A stretch of DNA of 42,445 nt from Octopus sinensis (Eukaryota): positions 1-42,445 of the forward strand of contig NW_021835111.1 in the NCBI RefSeq assembly GCF_006345805.1. The letters run 5' to 3'. Of this stretch, positions 40,999-42,445 are shown piece after piece. Position 1 is the first letter of the stretch. The number at the start of each line of letters is the position of its first letter. The notes beneath the pieces were generated by a model. It was given only the letters and a program-made list of their open reading frames with translations, had not been told where the DNA came from and did not search any database. The position numbers and the translations under genes are program-made.

Positions 40999-41400
40999 CG
41001 AGGGTCGGCTGAAAAGTTCATAAGATGACTAACATATTTTCATTGGAATGTGACCAAATGAGGTTTATTTTTCAACATAGCGCCACCACTATTGCGGTCC
41101 AGACAATCTTCCCATTGGTGTGTCAGTGCCTGGATCCTGTTGGTGGAGAAGCTTTCATCCTGTTGGTCAAATAAGTCATCAACAGCAGACATGACGTCAT
41201 CATTGCTACGATACTTCTTCTCAGTCATGAGTTTTTCATGCTGTGGAACGGAAGATAATCAGATGGAGCCAAAACCGGATGATAGGAACGGTGATCAACT
41301 AGTTCAAATCCACAGCCATGCCTTTGAAACGAAGGACTCGTGTGCTGGAACATTATTTTTCTAAATTCATCTGCTGTCAACTGTGTCCACAAATCATCCA
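40999..41400 (-). mobile_element. Mariner (DD34D-type) 3' remnant with one TIR
   Basis: NVPAHES...GFELVDHRSYHPVLAPSDYLPFHSMK...KYRSNDDVMSAVDDLFDQQDESF...W; YSPDLAPSDY-like motif; TA|cgagggtcggctgaaaagttc terminus resembles the MITE TIRs. Confidence 0.85.
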
Positions 41401-41668
41401 ATAAGGGCCAGTCATCTCGCTTCTAGCATACTTTAACTCAATATATGAAGAATCTGGAAGCCGCTTATTATAATCACATTTGAAGAAAGCCCTAAAAATA
41501 ACAATATCTGGTTGATAAAATTAAGCAGATGATACAACAATATCCTAGAGTGTCTGGGACTTACTAACTTCGGTAATAACAACTGTTTGATAACTTTATC
41601 CGCGGGTTATAATACGAGAGTAGTTTCGAAACATGTGTATGTGTGTGAGTGCAAATATATGTGCGCAA

Positions 41669-42083
41669 AAGGTAGCAAGCTGGCATAAACGTTAGCACGC
41701 CGGGCGAAATGCTTAGTGGTATTTCGTCTGCCGTTACGTTCTGAGTTCAAATTCCGCCGAGGTCGACTTTGCCTTTCAACCTTTCGGGGTCGATAAATTA
41801 AGTACCAGTTACGCACTGGGGTCGATATAATCGACTTCATCCGTTTGTCTGTCCTTGTTTGTCCTCTCTGTGTTTAGCCCCTTGTGGGTAGTAAAGAAAT
41901 AGGTATTTCGTCTGCCGCTACGTTCTGAGTTCAAATTCCGCCGAGGTTGACTTTGCCTTTCATCCTTTCGGGGTCGATAAATTAAGTACCGGTTACGCAC
42001 TGGGGTCGATATAATCGACTTAATCCGTTTGTCTGTCCTTGTTTGTCCTCTCTGTGTTTAGCCCCTTGTGGGTAGTAAAGAAA
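41669..42083 (+). mobile_element. Family C SINE with a 184-bp tandem duplication of body and tail
   Basis: ggtatttcgtctgcc... at 41718 and again at 41902; the two units are nearly identical. Confidence 0.93.
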
Positions 42084-42445
42084 GAGAAATATATGTGTGC
42101 ATGAGTACGTGAATACATGTGTCTGCTGCTACCCACGTGAATGGATTTGTGCCTACGTGCATATCTGCAAGGGTATTATGAAGATGCTTTACTATCAAAC
42201 TGTATGATGAGTGTAGAGCAACGATGAACATGATAATGATGAGGAAAGGAATGATGATGGAGTGGCGGTGGGGGCGGTGGGGAGGATGAAATAAAATTCA
42301 AGATGGAAGGAGGGACAAGAAAAAAAGGAAGTGGTGTTAATGTTGTTCGGGTAATGAAGCTGATTTATGCCAATTGATAAACAAACACTCTCTTCCTGTC
42401 TTACTAATCAACAGTTCTTCATATTCTTTTTTTTTTTTTTTTTTT

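Noticed and set aside
41535-41640. CAGAUGA ... GAAACAUGUGUA on plus strand, same stem III as 40618 motif
   Set aside because: Core has U4A, and neither stem II nor stem I pairs.
42428-42445. Terminal poly(T) as a retrocopy tail
   Set aside because: Cut by the window edge; no associated element visible.

Overview
AT-rich, microsatellite-saturated, non-coding animal DNA. The SINE and transposon families match what I recall from Octopus genomes (inference, not a database result). I cannot support any host protein-coding gene; almost all ORF-track entries are translations of (TA)n, (CATA)n, (GATA)n or trinucleotide arrays, or pieces of dead transposons. The window holds three tRNA-derived SINE families, decayed RTE, Tx1/L1, R4/Dong and Penelope-like (PLE) retroelement fragments, a full-length but dead DD37D (maT) Tc1/mariner element, a mariner remnant and two derived MITEs, non-autonomous Helitrons, and a ~1.33 kb tandem duplication in which only one copy carries a Helitron. 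The main find, invisible in the ORF track, is a dense set of hammerhead-ribozyme-like motifs. Three type I motifs have an intact CUGANGA/GAA/GUA core and unusually long stem II arms (7023-7129, 31283-31398, 40618-40709, all minus strand). Four minimal motifs with variant cores and a palindromic ACGU stem III sit in ~180 bp microsatellite-flanked mini-elements, and one degenerate motif lies inside a foldback. All structures were folded by eye and none has been tested. Boundaries of decayed repeats are approximate.
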